A stretch of DNA of 18,693 nt. It comes from Promethearchaeota archaeon (lineage in GTDB: Archaea > Asgardarchaeota > Lokiarchaeia > Sigyniarchaeales > SOKP01). The DNA is taken from NCBI GenBank assembly GCA_011364975.1, contig RDOE01000063.1, positions 1 through 18,693 on the forward strand, read 5' to 3'. Both the position numbers and the translations under genes were made by a program. Shown here in pieces: positions 16,046-18,693 of this stretch; positions within the stretch are counted from its first letter, which is position 1; every line of letters begins with the position of its first letter. The notes under the pieces were generated by a model, which saw only the letters and a program-made list of their open reading frames with translations, searched no databases and had not been told where the DNA came from.

Positions 16046-16942
16046 TTAATCGATTCTTATGATTTTATCTCTTTCTAATATTGAAGCTTTAACTACTTCA
16101 ATCAAAAATTCAAATATCTTCTCTTGTGCATCTTTTTCAATTGCTGAAAATCCAAATGCTTTTATGTTAAAGAATTCCCCGATCTTCTCTGGTTCAAAGG
16201 CAATATCCTTATAATCCTGAAAATTGGCAATAATATAAAGATCAGCTTTATACATCTTTCCTATTAGTTCTGAAAGAAGCTCTTGGGTTTTACCTAAATT
16301 TCTTGCTGCTGAGTTTGTGACCACAAAAATAATTTCCGCTGATCTTAATAGTTCATTATAAATTCGCGAATGTTTAACTAACTCATTTAAATCAATTTCT
16401 CTTACGATACATTCCTTAATTTCATTTAGATTGAGTGGTATTAATTTAATAAAATACTCGTTGAAATTATCATCGATTTTCAATATTTTCTCACCAGGAA
16501 ATAAATCAAATATTGTCGTTTTTCCGACACCTGCCTGTCCTGTTAAAATGACTTTAGGAGGAAGAAAAATATTTTTTTCTATAAACTGAGTAAAATTTTC
16601 AAAAATTGTTCTGTTTCCGCCCCAATTTTTCAATATTGGACGATATCTCCTGAGAAATTCGTCTTTTATTAATTGAAGTATTGATCTCGTATCTTCTTCA
16701 AAATCATTTACATCAATAATAACCACAAATATGAAATCATATTCTTTTTCATAATCAAAGATAAATTTGAAATTTCCAAAATTTAGCGATTGAACTTCAC
16801 CAGCTTTTATCTCTTTGGCAAATTGGCTTATTGCTGCCAAAAGGCTACTAACTATCTCCTCGCTTTGATCAAATTTATTAAAAAATTTTTTTGAATAACA
16901 TAAGATTCCTCCTGGAGCGATAATTAGAACCTGTGATATCAA
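16046..16942 (-). CDS. Longin-like domain fused to a degenerate Ras-superfamily small GTPase domain
   Basis: The N-terminal ~125 aa follow the longin pattern (VLII..GG.LCYSK...IVSSLLAAISQFAKEI...F.FVVIID...L..IKDEF..RY...F..F..FIE). The C-terminal part has KVILTGQAGVGKTT (G1), IIANFQD (G4-like) and FSAI (G5-like). Confidence 0.82.
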   Translation of the reverse strand: MISQVLIIAPGGILCYSKKFFNKFDQSEEIVSSLLAAISQFAKEIKAGEVQSLNFGNFKFIFDYEKEYDFIFVVIIDVNDFEEDTRSILQLIKDEFLRRYRPILKNWGGNRTIFENFTQFIEKNIFLPPKVILTGQAGVGKTTIFDLFPGEKILKIDDNFNEYFIKLIPLNLNEIKECIVREIDLNELVKHSRIYNELLRSAEIIFVVTNSAARNLGKTQELLSELIGKMYKADLYIIANFQDYKDIAFEPEKIGEFFNIKAFGFSAIEKDAQEKIFEFLIEVVKASILERDKIIRID

Positions 16943-17100
16943 TTTAATTTACCGTTATGTATGTTTTAACAAAATTATAACTATTTAAATTATTGATCTC
17001 GTTATTAATTAAGATGATTATAAACAGCAATAATATAAAACCAGAACAAACTTAGGTTAATTTTAGAAAACTTTTAGAAAAATTACTACTTTTTATCAAT

Positions 17101-17901
17101 ATGGAATTAAATTTCGCAATCATAAGCCTATTAATCATTTTTGGCCTTCTTTCAGGATTAATTTCCGTGATTGCAGGTGTTGGTGGTGGGGTCTTTTTTG
17201 TTTCAATCTTAACTTTATTGTTTTTTATTCAAATTGATATTGCTGTAGATACCTCCACCTTTGTTATTTTATTATCCTCCTTTGCAGGATTCATAACATA
17301 TTTAAAGCAAAAGAGGACAAATATAAAGATTTCTTTGATTTTTTCCGCGTTTTCTATTTTAGGGAGTATTTTTGCGAGTTTCTTATTTTCAATTATAAAA
17401 ATTGAAAATACACTATTGAAAATGCTTTTTGCGAGCACCTTATTAATCGCAGGTATAAATATGATTTATAAAGCGATTAAATCAAAAAGGCAAAATAAAG
17501 TTCAAAAAGATTCTTCTAATAATTTTTCTCTTGAACATCATGATTACAAAACAAATTTAAAGAAAGCTATTCCTTTATTTATCTTAGCAGGATTTGTTGC
17601 GAATTTTTTAGGAATAGGAGGGGGAATTATTAATACTCCCGCCTTGAATATTTTATTAAATTTTCCAATTCATAATGCGACAGCAATCTCTACATCAATT
17701 ATTTTTTTCACTGCGATATATAATACGATAATTAAATTTATTTCAGGGCAAATTAATATAATTGTAGGAATTTTACTTGCAATCGGTTCGATAATAGGGT
17801 CAATTATTGGAGCGAAATTATCAAAAAGAATGCCTAAGTTATATTTACAGTTCTTTGTTGCCTCAGTATTAATGATTTTGGCAATTAGAATGTTTTTTTA
17901 A
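17101..17901 (+). CDS. TauE/SafE (TSUP) family sulfite-exporter-like membrane protein
   Basis: Two internal repeats with GVGGGVFFV...AVDTS and LGIGGGIINTP...ATAIS, plus GSIIGSIIGAKLS. About 8 TM segments. Confidence 0.9.
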   Translation: MELNFAIISLLIIFGLLSGLISVIAGVGGGVFFVSILTLLFFIQIDIAVDTSTFVILLSSFAGFITYLKQKRTNIKISLIFSAFSILGSIFASFLFSIIKIENTLLKMLFASTLLIAGINMIYKAIKSKRQNKVQKDSSNNFSLEHHDYKTNLKKAIPLFILAGFVANFLGIGGGIINTPALNILLNFPIHNATAISTSIIFFTAIYNTIIKFISGQINIIVGILLAIGSIIGSIIGAKLSKRMPKLYLQFFVASVLMILAIRMFF

Positions 17902-18693
17902 ACTAATCCAGCCATATCTTTACAAAGATCAGCAATTCTTAACATATTTTTTATATTATCCATATCTTCATAACTATATTCTTTATTAATTTGAGCAGCT
18001 TTCTCCACAAGCTTATCTTTCTTTAACCATACATAATACGCTAATTTAGAATCTTGCTTTAAGTAGGTATCCATAACTTCCTTGTAATATTGATGTATTT
18101 CTTCAAAAAAAGGAATTAAAGTGTTACTTAAACTTACTTCTTTTAAAATTTTACCAATCTCCTCTATTTTTTCGCAGAACATACGATAATCCATCGCTTC
18201 CAATGGTGTAAAATCATTATCCTCGGTTACATAAATTCCAGTCCTCAAATAGGTCCTAATATGCATTACTAATATAAAATAAAATTTTCTTAATTGTTGA
18301 AAGCTATAATTTAAATCTTGGGATATATTATGGGTAAGTGCTTCGAACATATCTTCAATAATGTAAAGTAGACGATGAATTAGTTTTTTTGTAGGAATCT
18401 TTTTATATCCAAAGTTTTCTATAATGATTCTTTGTTTAGATTCTTCTGTAATTTCTGTGTTGGGAAGTCCGTTAACCCAATATCTTATTTGATTCCTTAA
18501 GCTTTTATTGATTTCCTTTTCGGATTTCACTATTATTTTAGTTTGTCCCGATAATACAGATTTAACAATTTGTCTAACAACATACGGATTAGATTCAAGA
18601 TATGTTTCATTGACAGTCTGATTTTTATCTTGTAGTTGTTTAGGTAGAACACATAATGATCCATCAGTTTTAACTTCAAGTGCTACCGTCATT
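17898..18693 (-). CDS. Archaeal AbrB/PhoU-type phosphate-uptake regulator-like protein; 5' end probably beyond the window
   Basis: Begins with the tail of an AbrB-like domain (VALEVKTDGSLCVLP), then RQIVKSVLSG..KIIVKS...LPNTEITEES, then PhoU-like helical bundles (EAMDYR...EKIEEIG; LRIADLCKDMA). The stop overlaps the convergent TSUP gene by 4 nt. Confidence 0.72.
   Translation of the reverse strand, partial: MTVALEVKTDGSLCVLPKQLQDKNQTVNETYLESNPYVVRQIVKSVLSGQTKIIVKSEKEINKSLRNQIRYWVNGLPNTEITEESKQRIIIENFGYKKIPTKKLIHRLLYIIEDMFEALTHNISQDLNYSFQQLRKFYFILVMHIRTYLRTGIYVTEDNDFTPLEAMDYRMFCEKIEEIGKILKEVSLSNTLIPFFEEIHQYYKEVMDTYLKQDSKLAYYVWLKKDKLVEKAAQINKEYSYEDMDNIKNMLRIADLCKDMAGLV

Noticed and set aside
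2095-17438. Track ORFs 2095..2367, 5618..5818, 7070..7318, 8272..8481, 9190..9489, 9692..9973, 12232..12414, 13260..13499 and 17229..17438
   Set aside because: These are antisense shadows of well-supported genes and carry no motifs.

Overview
Very AT-rich archaeal DNA, most consistent with an Asgard (Lokiarchaeia-like) genome. This is inferred from a longin/small-GTPase fusion, a 7TM + Cys8 zinc-finger protein, and frequent TTG starts. Left to right the window holds: a free-standing two-motif LAGLIDADG endonuclease gene running off the left edge (missed by the ORF track); etfB and a ferredoxin-fused etfA; a FabG-like SDR; a phytoene-desaturase-family oxidoreductase split by a 47-bp tandem duplication; a DUF2585-like membrane protein; an iorB-iorA-acdA cluster plus an ACT protein; two SAM methyltransferases; small hypothetical genes; a 7TM-RING-like gene frameshifted at an A11 run; a longin/degenerate-GTPase fusion; a TauE/SafE transporter; and a truncated AbrB/PhoU-type regulator. 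The standout observation is in iorB. It is interrupted by a 63-nt stop-containing insert whose two junctions fold into a near-canonical bulge-helix-bulge motif (GUAC/GUAC central helix, two AAA bulges). Cleavage at the standard positions removes 7709..7771 and exactly restores a 206-aa IorB. This is a candidate tRNA-endonuclease-spliced intron in a metabolic mRNA. All translations and pairings were done by eye, and no database searches were run.
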